This document shows positions 39,801 to 47,560 of a stretch of 64,000 nt of DNA, one piece after another. The stretch's first letter is position 1, and the number at the start of each line of letters is the position of its first letter. Below the pieces are notes generated by a model. The model made no database searches. It saw nothing but the letters and a program-made list of their open reading frames with translations, and was not told where the DNA came from. Source of the stretch: an uncultured Gemmatimonadales bacterium (GTDB taxonomy: Bacteria; Gemmatimonadota; Gemmatimonadetes; Gemmatimonadales; GWC2-71-9); NCBI GenBank assembly GCA_963771275.1, contig CAVYSW010000009.1, forward strand, positions 256,001 to 320,000. The letters are read 5' to 3'. A program made the translations under genes and the position numbers.

Positions 39801-40174
39801 GCCGTCGCCCGCGCGGTGGTGACGATGACGCGCGCCCGTGCGGCGAGGATCGCCGCGATCGTCTCGACGCGCTCGCCGGCGAGCTCATAGTGCGGCTCCT
39901 CTTCCCCGAACGCTTCGCGCTGGGGGTAGAACCGCGCCGCGTCCCCGAGCAGGACCGTGAGATCGGCGTGCCAGGCCTCGGCGTCACCGGGAGTCGCCGC
40001 CACGACCAGCACCACGCGCTGCGGGTCGTCTTCGGCGATCGCGCTCACCAGCACGGCGCCGCTCGACCCCGCGAGCCCACGCACCGCCAGACGCCCGCCC
40101 TGGCGCGGCACCAGGGGGCGGAGCGCCCGATAGGGCGACAGCGCCCGGAACGCGGACACCAGGCGGGGCAGCAT
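36860..40174 (-). CDS. mfd: Transcription-repair coupling factor Mfd
   Basis: VRGGLLD, GDYVVHFEHGIG, GDVGYGKTEVA, DEEH, TATPIPRT, QLRGRVGR. Confidence 0.98.
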   Translation of the reverse strand: MLPRLVSAFRALSPYRALRPLVPRQGGRLAVRGLAGSSGAVLVSAIAEDDPQRVVLVVAATPGDAEAWHADLTVLLGDAARFYPQREAFGEEEPHYELAGERVETIAAILAARARVIVTTARATAERTRMPAAIARARLELARGDTDRPGHVIARLERMGYARVPSVTDVAQFAVRGGLLDVYGFGMAAPARIEWWGDEIISIRAFDLDTQRSEGEVGRVTVLPVTGAAEGAEGAGGEGGVRADTLLDVLPADTLVFVDDGVTPAEVQRVWDEAAHHVQVARRMGEDVPGRETVFVTPEAWRGAWDRLARLELLEVEGAHDFRVFAPESVERDMRRLQRLVRAGPTLILCDNEGQLERLEEILGPADAGGPRLPATVTLALGALKGGFVLPDLTVLTDHEIFRRARRIRRARRFRQALETAASPLSPGDYVVHFEHGIGIYRGIQRIAVGEGTVLEVAIIEYEGGDRLNVPLYRIDQIERYRAPDEGGDRPPPRLDRLGGTRWRRQRERTERAIRQMAAELVELYARRAVTVGYAFPPDAKWQRELESSFLYEDTADQRTATDDVKRDMELPRPMDRLIVGDVGYGKTEVAVRAAFKAVQAGKQAAVLVPTTILAEQHGRTFAERLADFPVRVEVLSRFRTAAEQAAVLRGLADGAVDVVIGTHRLLSGDVRFRDLGLLIVDEEHRFGVRHKERLKALRLQVDVLTLTATPIPRTLHLAMSGLRDLTLIETPPRDRSPVLTFVEPWDDGLLEEALARELDRGGQAYFVHNRIETIATVGERVRALAPRARVAVAHGQMRERELENVMRRFVAGAVDVLVSTMIVESGLDVPNANTMVVHNAGQFGLAQLYQLRGRVGRAHRRAYCYLLAPEQVDRDAEERLRVLEHHTALGSGYRIALRDLELRGAGNLLGAEQSGHAHAVGVDTYLRWLGDAVRALRGESEGGLLPPDVTFEGGAHLPDAYVPDEDAKLDLYRRLARATQVGEIALVREELRDRFGPLPTEADRLLLIAELRALGARLGLETILVRGDEARLTFRAGASPRLAGLTAALDEVQFAADVRRAVPLSLRLTRLGGLAMGDGLVRALRTALGETDGSAVQRPVPAT

Positions 40175-41967
40175 CAGGCGGCGTGTCCCCGCCCGCGGCC
40201 GCTGCCCGCGCTGGCCACGAGCCACTCCGCCAGCGCCAGCAGCAGCGCCGCGGCCAGCAGCGGCGTCGCGGCCTCGACGCGCCGGCTTGCGGCGAACGCC
40301 CGACCGGTGAGCGCGGCCCGCTCCACGAGAGCGGTGCGGGGACCGAGGGCCCGGCGCACCGCCGCGTATGCCGCCGGCCGGAAGTCGGATTCCCGCGGAT
40401 CCGGACTGACCGCGAGGCCGCCGATCGTGTCACCGGCGGCGTCGAGCATGAAGTACACGCCGGGGGTCGCCGGCGCCTCGAGCCGCTCACCCGTCACGGG
40501 CACCGGCCCGTCGGGGAGCAGCAGGCTCGCCGCCTGCTCCGGCAGGCGCACGACCGCGCCCGGCGTCGCCGCCACCTGCCACGCCTCGGCGGCCGCCACA
40601 CGGTTTACCAGCGCGTCGAGAAACGGCACGAAGCCCGGGGTCAGCGGCAACGCGGTCCAGCGCTCTTCGAGCCGGCTCGCGACGATCACGACCTGCCCGT
40701 CGTGCACGAGCCACGGCTCTCCGCCGGCGCGCTCGATCACGCGCCCGCCGCCCGTCAGGCGATAGCGCCGGTACACCGCCGCGCCGGCCGCGTCGCCGAG
40801 CGCGCCCGACACCGCCCACTCGCCGGCGAGCAGCACCCCGAACCGCGCCGACACGCCGCGCGCGGCGAGCGCCCGGTTCACGGAGCCCACGAGCGCGGGG
40901 TCGGCCGGCGGGAACAGCACCGTGCGACCCGACGTCGGCCGGTCGGTGAGCGTGACCTCGTGGCCGCGGCGCACGCGCCCGCCGCTCTCGAGCACTCCCA
41001 CGGCCGCCGCCACGAAGGCGCCGGCCCCCGAGTCGAGCGACACCGCCGCCGGCGGCGCGGAGCGGATCGCGATCCAGCGCGCGTCGTCGAGCCGGTTCTC
41101 GTCGGGTGTGAGCAGGACCTGGGCGGCATGCCAGCCCGGTGGCACGCTCTCGACCGACAGCACCACCTGGTCGCCCGCGGCCGCGAGATCGCGGGCCAGG
41201 ACCCGGCCGCCCATCGTGAGCTGCACCTCGCCGGGTCCGCCCGATCCCCCGACGCTCACGAGCACGCGCCCCCCCGGCGACCAGCTCGCGGGCTCGACGC
41301 GCGCCGAATCCACGCCGTGATTGTCCGGCAGGGCCGGCGGGATCAGCACGAGGACGCGCGCCGCGAGCGGCCCGCCCGGCGAGAACGCGCTCGCCTGCAG
41401 GTCGCTCAGCACCACGACGGTCCCGGGCAGCGGCTGCGCGCGGAGCAGGCCGTCGACCGCGCGGACGGCGTCGCCGAGATCGAGCCGCACGGCGAGCGGC
41501 GCGGGCTCCGCCAGCAGCGCGAGCGCCTGGTCGCGGTCGACCGCGCGCGGGATGCCGTCGGCGAGCACGAGCCAGAGCCGGTCACCGGGCGCCGCGGCGG
41601 TGAGCACGTCGCGGGCCGCTGCTCCCAGCTCGTCCACGACGCGCCGCCCGCCGCTCACCGCCGCGGAGGACAGCGAGTTGTCCACGATCAGCGCCAGCGC
41701 CGACGGCGCGTGGGCGCCGCCGAGCGGCAGCGGCACGACGGGTCGCGCGGCGGCGAGCACCACCGCCACGATCAGCAGCGTCCGCAGCACCAGGAGGAGA
41801 AGATTGCGCAGCTTGAGGCGCCGGCTGTGGCGCGCCTCGGTCTCGGTCAGATAGCGCACCGCCGGGAACACCACGGTCTGCGGCTGTCGTCGCTGCAGCA
41901 GGTGGAGCAGCGCCGGCAGGCTCGCCGCCGCGAGGCCGAGCAGCGCCAGCGGCTCGAGGAACGTCAT
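40174..41967 (-). CDS. BatA N-terminal plus vWA domain protein
   Basis: LPALLHLL..VVFPAVRYL..LLLLVLRTL..AAARP; DNSLSS; VLSDLQ. Confidence 0.85.
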   Translation of the reverse strand: MTFLEPLALLGLAAASLPALLHLLQRRQPQTVVFPAVRYLTETEARHSRRLKLRNLLLLVLRTLLIVAVVLAAARPVVPLPLGGAHAPSALALIVDNSLSSAAVSGGRRVVDELGAAARDVLTAAAPGDRLWLVLADGIPRAVDRDQALALLAEPAPLAVRLDLGDAVRAVDGLLRAQPLPGTVVVLSDLQASAFSPGGPLAARVLVLIPPALPDNHGVDSARVEPASWSPGGRVLVSVGGSGGPGEVQLTMGGRVLARDLAAAGDQVVLSVESVPPGWHAAQVLLTPDENRLDDARWIAIRSAPPAAVSLDSGAGAFVAAAVGVLESGGRVRRGHEVTLTDRPTSGRTVLFPPADPALVGSVNRALAARGVSARFGVLLAGEWAVSGALGDAAGAAVYRRYRLTGGGRVIERAGGEPWLVHDGQVVIVASRLEERWTALPLTPGFVPFLDALVNRVAAAEAWQVAATPGAVVRLPEQAASLLLPDGPVPVTGERLEAPATPGVYFMLDAAGDTIGGLAVSPDPRESDFRPAAYAAVRRALGPRTALVERAALTGRAFAASRRVEAATPLLAAALLLALAEWLVASAGSGRGRGHAA

Positions 41968-41968
41968 C

Positions 41969-42898
41969 TCAGCCGAGCCGCGCCCGCCGCTGCGCGGCCC
42001 GCCGCAGCACGTGCCCGAACGGCGTGTCGGTGGTGACGTGGAAATAGGCCATGCCGTTCCGGCGGCACGCCGAGCGCCACGCGTCGATCACGCGGCGCAC
42101 GGTCTCGCGGTACGCGGCCCGGATCTCGCGCGGCCGGGTGACGACCGTCTCTCCCGACTCCGAGTCCTGGAACCGTGCCTCCGGCGGCCCGGCGAGCTCG
42201 AGCTCGGCCGGGTCCATCACGTGGAACACGATCACCTGATGCCCGCGGTGCCGCAGGAACTGCAGCGCTCGCAGCGCGAGATCGCGCTCGAACAGCAGGT
42301 CGGACACGAACACGACGAGCCCGCGGCGCGTGAGCAGGTCCGTGACCCGCTTGAGCGCCGGCTCGGCCGCCGTCCCCTGCCCCGGCTCGAGCCCGGCCAG
42401 CGTGGACAGCAGCAGCCACCGCTGCTGCACCCGGAGCCGCGCCGGCACCAGCGCCCGCACCGTCTCGTCGAACGCCACGAGGCCGGTGGCATCCCGCTGC
42501 CGCAGCAGCACCAGCACCAGCGCTGCCACGAGGCGCTGGGCATACCCCAGCTTGGTCAGCCGCCGCGCGTCGCCGGTCCAGTCCATCGAGCGGCTCGTGT
42601 CCAGCACCGCCATGGCTCGGAGGTTGGTCTCGGCCTCGAACTGCTTGATCGTGAGGCGGTCCGCGCGGGCCAGCACCTTCCAGTCGAGATAGCGCAGCTC
42701 GTCGCCCGCCTGATAGGGCCGATGCTCGGTGAACTCCGCCGAGAACCCCCGGAACGGCGAGCGGTGCAGGCCGGCGAGAAAGCCCTCCACGATGCCGCGC
42801 GTGGTGAGCTCAATCCCACCCAGTTGGGCGACCTCGTAGGGGTCGAGCAGGTCGAGCCGTTGGCTTACCACCGCCGCCGCGTCCTCGAAAGGGGACAA
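41969..42898 (-). CDS. DUF58 (vWA-like, MoxR-associated) protein; start uncertain
   Basis: GLHRSPFRGFSAEFTEHRPYQAGDELRYLDWK, DTSRSM. Confidence 0.92.
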   Translation of the reverse strand: MSPFEDAAAVVSQRLDLLDPYEVAQLGGIELTTRGIVEGFLAGLHRSPFRGFSAEFTEHRPYQAGDELRYLDWKVLARADRLTIKQFEAETNLRAMAVLDTSRSMDWTGDARRLTKLGYAQRLVAALVLVLLRQRDATGLVAFDETVRALVPARLRVQQRWLLLSTLAGLEPGQGTAAEPALKRVTDLLTRRGLVVFVSDLLFERDLALRALQFLRHRGHQVIVFHVMDPAELELAGPPEARFQDSESGETVVTRPREIRAAYRETVRRVIDAWRSACRRNGMAYFHVTTDTPFGHVLRRAAQRRARLG

Positions 42899-42930
42899 CG
42901 CAACGGCTTCCGACCCAGCGGTCGATATCT

Positions 42931-42955
42931 CAAGGCATTGAATATCAACAACTTA
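42931..42955. promoter_or_regulatory. AT-rich palindrome (double IHF-like site) in a divergent promoter region
   Basis: CAA-GGCA-TTG-AATAT-CAA-CAAC-TTA; contains an exact WATCAANNNNTTR match at 42943-42955. Confidence 0.6.
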
Positions 42956-43039
42956 TCATGTCTGCGCCCGTGGCACGCAGTCTGCCTTTCCAATTGGCTG
43001 GAAGCGCCGATTGAGGACCGTGCGGCGCGGGAGTATACG

Positions 43040-44266
43040 ATGCTGATTCCAATCTTAATCGCCTCGCTCGCCCTTCCGGGGATCACCGCCGACATCTCGC
43101 CCGCCGCCCTCACGCGGCACCAGGGCGCCGTGTTGCCGACCGTCCAGATCTGGACGAACCGCGACGAAGTGCTCCATCGCGGCGACAAGCTCAAGGTGTA
43201 TTTCCGGACGGACGTGGATGGCTACGTCAGCGTGTTCCGCATCGATACCGACGGCCGGATTCGCGTCGTGTTCCCCGTCGGTCCCTGGGACGACAACTAC
43301 GCCCGGGGCGGCGCGCGCTACCAGGTCGACCCGCGCGACGACGGATACACCTTCCGCGTTGATGATTACCCGGGGCAGGGGTATCTGTTCGCGATCGCGA
43401 GCCTCGACCCGTTCCTCTATACGCGCTACGTCCGGAACGATCATTGGGACTACCGCATGATCGGCACCGAGGGGCGCGTCGCGGGGGATCCGTACGTCGC
43501 GATCTACGATGTCATCGACGCGATCGTGCCGCCTAGCTACGTGGACTACTCCTATGACGTGGTGCCGTACTTCGTCGAGGAGCACTACGACTATCCGCGG
43601 TTCCTGTGCTACAGCTGCCACGCGTACGCGGCGTACCCGTACTGGGACCCGTACGCGCACTCCTGCGCGCGTTTCCGGATCGTGATCTACGACGATCCCT
43701 ACTACTACCCCGCGCGGACCTACTACGCGACGCGGGTGGTGTACCGGCGGCCCGTGGTGCCCGTTCCGCGCTACGTGTTCAAGGACCGGACCCCGAACGA
43801 CGGATACGTGACCACCGTGCGCGAGCGGCCGGTCGATCAGAGCGGACGGCGGCTGATCGAGCCCGGCGCCACGCGGCGCGACCTGCCGGGAGGCGGCATC
43901 CTCCCCACGCCGACGTCGCCGCGCACCGCCCCCGTCGCCGGAGCCGACGCGGGCCGGCGGCTCGCCCCCGGTACCGGGCGCGAAGCGGCGCGACCCACGA
44001 TCCCGACGCTCGAGCGGCGCGATCCGGCCAAGGCACCGGAGCGGCGTGCGGCCCCGGCCCAGGCGCCGCCGAAGACACAGTCGCCGCCGGCCACGACGGC
44101 GCCGACCCGGCGCGGGGCACCGAGCGCGCCCCCCAAGGTCGACAAGAGCACGCCGCCGCGCACGGTGCAGCCCAAGGCACCGCCCAAGCAGGCGCAGCCG
44201 CCCAAGGCATCGCCGCCGAAGACCGATCCGAAGCGCGGCACGACGCCGCCCAAACGGCGCGGCTGA
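43040..44266 (+). CDS. Secreted DUF4384-domain protein with a Tyr-rich region, CxxCH and a Pro/Lys-rich tail
   Basis: Signal peptide; GDKLKVYFRTDVDGYVSVFRIDTDGRIRVVFP; CYSCH. Confidence 0.8.
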   Translation: MLIPILIASLALPGITADISPAALTRHQGAVLPTVQIWTNRDEVLHRGDKLKVYFRTDVDGYVSVFRIDTDGRIRVVFPVGPWDDNYARGGARYQVDPRDDGYTFRVDDYPGQGYLFAIASLDPFLYTRYVRNDHWDYRMIGTEGRVAGDPYVAIYDVIDAIVPPSYVDYSYDVVPYFVEEHYDYPRFLCYSCHAYAAYPYWDPYAHSCARFRIVIYDDPYYYPARTYYATRVVYRRPVVPVPRYVFKDRTPNDGYVTTVRERPVDQSGRRLIEPGATRRDLPGGGILPTPTSPRTAPVAGADAGRRLAPGTGREAARPTIPTLERRDPAKAPERRAAPAQAPPKTQSPPATTAPTRRGAPSAPPKVDKSTPPRTVQPKAPPKQAQPPKASPPKTDPKRGTTPPKRRG

Positions 44267-44288
44267 GGCGACGCCTCACGCAGATCCC

Positions 44289-44322
44289 GACGGGCGGGCC
44301 CAGCGGCCCGCCCGTCTTGTTT
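44289..44322 (+). terminator. Rho-independent terminator
   Basis: GACGGGCGGGCC-CAGC-GGCCCGCCCGTC then TTGTTT. Confidence 0.85.
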
Positions 44323-44386
44323 GGACCCGCGCGCGTTATCTTCCCGCCGTCCGCTCGGCCCGAACCCCTTCAGGAGACGTTCGCCG

Positions 44387-45910
44387 ATGCGCTCGCTCGC
44401 TCTCGTGCTGCTCGCTCTCGGTCTTCCCGCGCTGGCCGCGGCCCAGGATGGCGTGGCCCGGGCGGCCGCGGCCATCACGCCCCGGGACATCGCGGCGCGG
44501 ATCGGCGTCATCGCGCACGATTCGATGCGGGGCCGTGAGACGCCAAGCCCCGAGCTCGACAAGGTGGCGGCGTACATCGCCGGGGAATTCCGCCGGTTCG
44601 GGCTCGCGCCCGGCGGCGACGCGGGCACGTTCATCCAGCACTACGCCATCGAGCGCACGCAGCTCGACACGGCGGCGTCCAGCATCGCCGTGCGCGGCGG
44701 GCCGACGATCCGGTTTGGCGCGGGCGCGGTCACGCAGCGCGGCGGCTACGCACCGGACGGAGTGACGGGCCCCGTGGTGCTCGTGTCGGGGACCGCCGCG
44801 ACGCCGGAGGACGCGGCGCGGCTCGACGTCAAGGGCAGGGTCGTCATCGCGGTCGTGCCGACCGACGCCACCGGGCAGCCCACTGCTGCCGGGCGAACAC
44901 TGCTCGCGGGACTCGCCCGCGGCGCGCCGGTCGCGCTCCTCGTGGCGACGAGCGCGCGGAACGAGACCTGGCGGGAGATGGTCCGCCTCGAGCTGAGCAC
45001 CCGCATGGACGTGCCGTGGCGCGAAGGCGACGGCCCGCCCATGGTGCTCGTCCGCGACCGCGCGCTGGCGCCGGTGCTGCGGCGCGCCGGTGTCGACATC
45101 GCGGCGGCCCGGCGGGCCGCGCCGCCCACCGCGCGAGCGCTTCCCGGCCTCGGCCTTACGGTGACGGTCAAGGCGCGGGTACTCGAGGCGATGCGCGCCC
45201 CCAACGTCGTGGGCGTGCTCGAGGGCGGCGATCCCGCGCTCAGGCAGGAGTACATCGTGCTCAGCGCTCACATGGACCACGTGGGGACGGCGGGGACGGG
45301 CCGCTGCCGGGCGCAGGGTGCGGACTCGATCTGCAACGGCGCGGACGACGACGCGTCCGGCACGATCGCCGTGGTGGAGGCGGCGCAGGCGTTCGCCATG
45401 CTGCAGCCGCGGCCGAAGCGCTCGCTCATCTTCCTCACCGTGAGCGGCGAGGAGCGCGGGCTCTGGGGGAGCGACTACTTCGCGTCACATCCGCCGGTGG
45501 CGATCGACCGGATCGTGGCGGACCTGAACATGGACATGGTCGGCCGCAACTGGAAGGACACAATCGTCGTGATCGGGAAGGAGCACTCGGATCTGGGCAG
45601 CACGCTCGCCGCGGTGAGCGCGCGCCACCCCGAGCTCCACATGGCGGCGATCGACGACCTCTGGCCAGCCGAGGCGTTCTACTTCCGCTCGGACCACTAC
45701 AACTTCGCGCGCCGCGGCGTGCCGATTCTATTCTTCTTTAACGGCACGCACCCCGACTACCACCGGCCGAGCGACGAGGTCGCCAAGATCGACGCGGAGA
45801 AGGAATCCCGCATCGTGCAGCTCGTCTTCTACCTGGGCGTCGAGCTGGCCGACACGGCGGAGAAACCGAAGTGGAATCCTGAGAGCTACCGCCAGATCGT
45901 GGGGCGCTGA
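44387..45910 (+). CDS. M28 family metallopeptidase, secreted
   Basis: SAHMDH, NGADDDASG, GEERGL, NMDM, RSDH, DYH. Confidence 0.93.
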   Translation: MRSLALVLLALGLPALAAAQDGVARAAAAITPRDIAARIGVIAHDSMRGRETPSPELDKVAAYIAGEFRRFGLAPGGDAGTFIQHYAIERTQLDTAASSIAVRGGPTIRFGAGAVTQRGGYAPDGVTGPVVLVSGTAATPEDAARLDVKGRVVIAVVPTDATGQPTAAGRTLLAGLARGAPVALLVATSARNETWREMVRLELSTRMDVPWREGDGPPMVLVRDRALAPVLRRAGVDIAAARRAAPPTARALPGLGLTVTVKARVLEAMRAPNVVGVLEGGDPALRQEYIVLSAHMDHVGTAGTGRCRAQGADSICNGADDDASGTIAVVEAAQAFAMLQPRPKRSLIFLTVSGEERGLWGSDYFASHPPVAIDRIVADLNMDMVGRNWKDTIVVIGKEHSDLGSTLAAVSARHPELHMAAIDDLWPAEAFYFRSDHYNFARRGVPILFFFNGTHPDYHRPSDEVAKIDAEKESRIVQLVFYLGVELADTAEKPKWNPESYRQIVGR

Positions 45911-45916
45911 CGCGAG

Positions 45917-45990
45917 TGCAGATGGCAGATTGAAGATCGCAGGTTGGAGATTGGAGACCGCCCGACTCCCGATCTGCAAGCTGCCATCCT
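45917..45990. repeat. Degenerate 7-bp-period palindromic repeat between convergent genes
   Basis: TGCAGAT GGCAGAT TGAAGAT CGCAGGT TGGAGAT TGGAGAC, then inverse-like CTCCCGA TCTGCAA GCTGCCA TC. Confidence 0.7.
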
Positions 45991-45993
45991 CTT

Positions 45994-47397
45994 CTAGCGT
46001 GAGCTCAGCTCCTTCACGAGCCGGGAGAGAAACTCCTGCCCCTCGAAGAACGCCGTGACGCCGATCCGCTCGTCGCGGCCGTGCGCGCGGGTGTCGCCGA
46101 TCTCCTCGAACAGCCCCGACACGCCGTAGGTCGGAATCCCGGCGTTCCGGAGATAGAGGCCGTCGGTGGCGCCCGTCACCATCGTGGGCACCACCGGGAC
46201 CCCGGGCCACATCGCCTGCGTCACGCGTTCGACAGCGCCGAGTACTTCCGGCAGCAGCGGCGAAGCCGCGCTCGGCTTGGCCGCGGCGATTGGTGAGACG
46301 CTGATGGCGGAGTCGGCAAGCACACGCACCAGCGTCGCCTGGACCGAGTCGGGGACCTCGCCCGGGAGCAGCCGGCAGTTGACCGTGGCCCGGGCCGTCT
46401 GGGGCAGCGCGTTCTCGGCGTGTCCCGCGGCGAGCATCGTCGGGATACAGGTGGTCCGCATCAGGGCGTTGTAGTAGGGCTCCACCGCGAGACGCGCCAC
46501 CGCACCGGGATCCGGCGTGTCGCCCGCGGCGACCGCGCGCATGACCTCGCCCTGCGCGCCGCCCGCGATCGCCCCCATCCGCTGGAAGAACGCGCGCGTC
46601 GTCTCGGTGAGCCGCACCGGGAACTGATACGCCGAGAGCCGGGTGAGCCCGGCGGCGAGCCGGTAGATCGCGTTGTCGGGCCGCGGCAGCGAGCTGTGCC
46701 CGCCGCTGTTCCGCACCTCGAGCGTGAAGCTCAAGTACACCTTCTCGCTCGTCTGGAGCTCGTTCAGCACCCGCTTGCCGTCCTCGAGCTCGCCCCCGCC
46801 CCCTTCGTTCAGCGCGTACGCGGCGTCGATCAGGTCCCGGTGCGTCCGCAGCAGCCAGTCCACGCCGTTCGCGTCGCCGCCCTCCTCGTCCGCCGTGAGC
46901 GCCACGATGAGATCGCGGTCGGGAGCGAATCCCTGCTCCTTGAGCAGGATGAAGCTCGCGATCCAGATCGCGGCCATCGCCTTGTCGTCGCTCGTGCCGC
47001 GGCCGTAGAAGTAGCCGTCCCGCTCCAGGAACGTGAACGGATCGACCGACCAGTCCGCTCGGAGCGCCTCGACCACGTCGAGATGGGCGAGCAGCAGCAG
47101 CGGCGGCCTGGTACCGCGCCCGCGATAGCGGGCGACCAGATTCCCGTGAACGGAATCCGGGCCGAGCACGTGGACGTCACCCGCCGGAAACCCCGCGGCG
47201 CGGAGCCGGGCCGCCATCGCCTCCGCGGCCGCGGTCGTGTTGCCGCTCGAGTGCGTCGTGTTGATCTCGATCAGCTGGGCAAAGACGTCGCGAGCGAGCT
47301 GCCGCGCGTGGGGCAGCCGGGCGTCCTGCCCGGTCACCGCGCGCGGCGCGCCGAGGGCGATCGCGCCGAGGAGAACGAGAACGGAGTGGTTGCGCAT
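45994..47397 (-). CDS. M20/M25/M40 family metallo-hydrolase, secreted
   Basis: LAHLDVV, GRGTSDDK, ADEE, NEGG, GGHSS, AHGRDER. Confidence 0.93.
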   Translation of the reverse strand: MRNHSVLVLLGAIALGAPRAVTGQDARLPHARQLARDVFAQLIEINTTHSSGNTTAAAEAMAARLRAAGFPAGDVHVLGPDSVHGNLVARYRGRGTRPPLLLLAHLDVVEALRADWSVDPFTFLERDGYFYGRGTSDDKAMAAIWIASFILLKEQGFAPDRDLIVALTADEEGGDANGVDWLLRTHRDLIDAAYALNEGGGGELEDGKRVLNELQTSEKVYLSFTLEVRNSGGHSSLPRPDNAIYRLAAGLTRLSAYQFPVRLTETTRAFFQRMGAIAGGAQGEVMRAVAAGDTPDPGAVARLAVEPYYNALMRTTCIPTMLAAGHAENALPQTARATVNCRLLPGEVPDSVQATLVRVLADSAISVSPIAAAKPSAASPLLPEVLGAVERVTQAMWPGVPVVPTMVTGATDGLYLRNAGIPTYGVSGLFEEIGDTRAHGRDERIGVTAFFEGQEFLSRLVKELSSR

Positions 47398-47502
47398 GGC
47401 CGGACAACATACCCGGCACCGACCCGGCGCGCGAGGTGCACGCGGCCGTCGCCCCGTGGCGGGCGCCGGGACATGTCGGCATCTTCCAGCGAGTGCCATC
47501 TG

Positions 47503-47548
47503 TTCTGCACCCTGCATTCTGCGTTCCGCGTTCTGCGTTCTGCGTTCT
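47503..47548. repeat. 7-bp-period tandem repeat, (TTCTGCG)x6 degenerate
   Basis: TTCTGCA CCCTGCA TTCTGCG TTCCGCG TTCTGCG TTCTGCG TTCT, just before a GGAGG RBS. Confidence 0.8.
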
Positions 47549-47560
47549 TTCGGAGGTCGT

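Noticed and set aside
41969..42898. Missing MoxR ATPase as a novelty
   Set aside because: DUF58/BatA genes are often unlinked from moxR; absence cannot be judged from one window.
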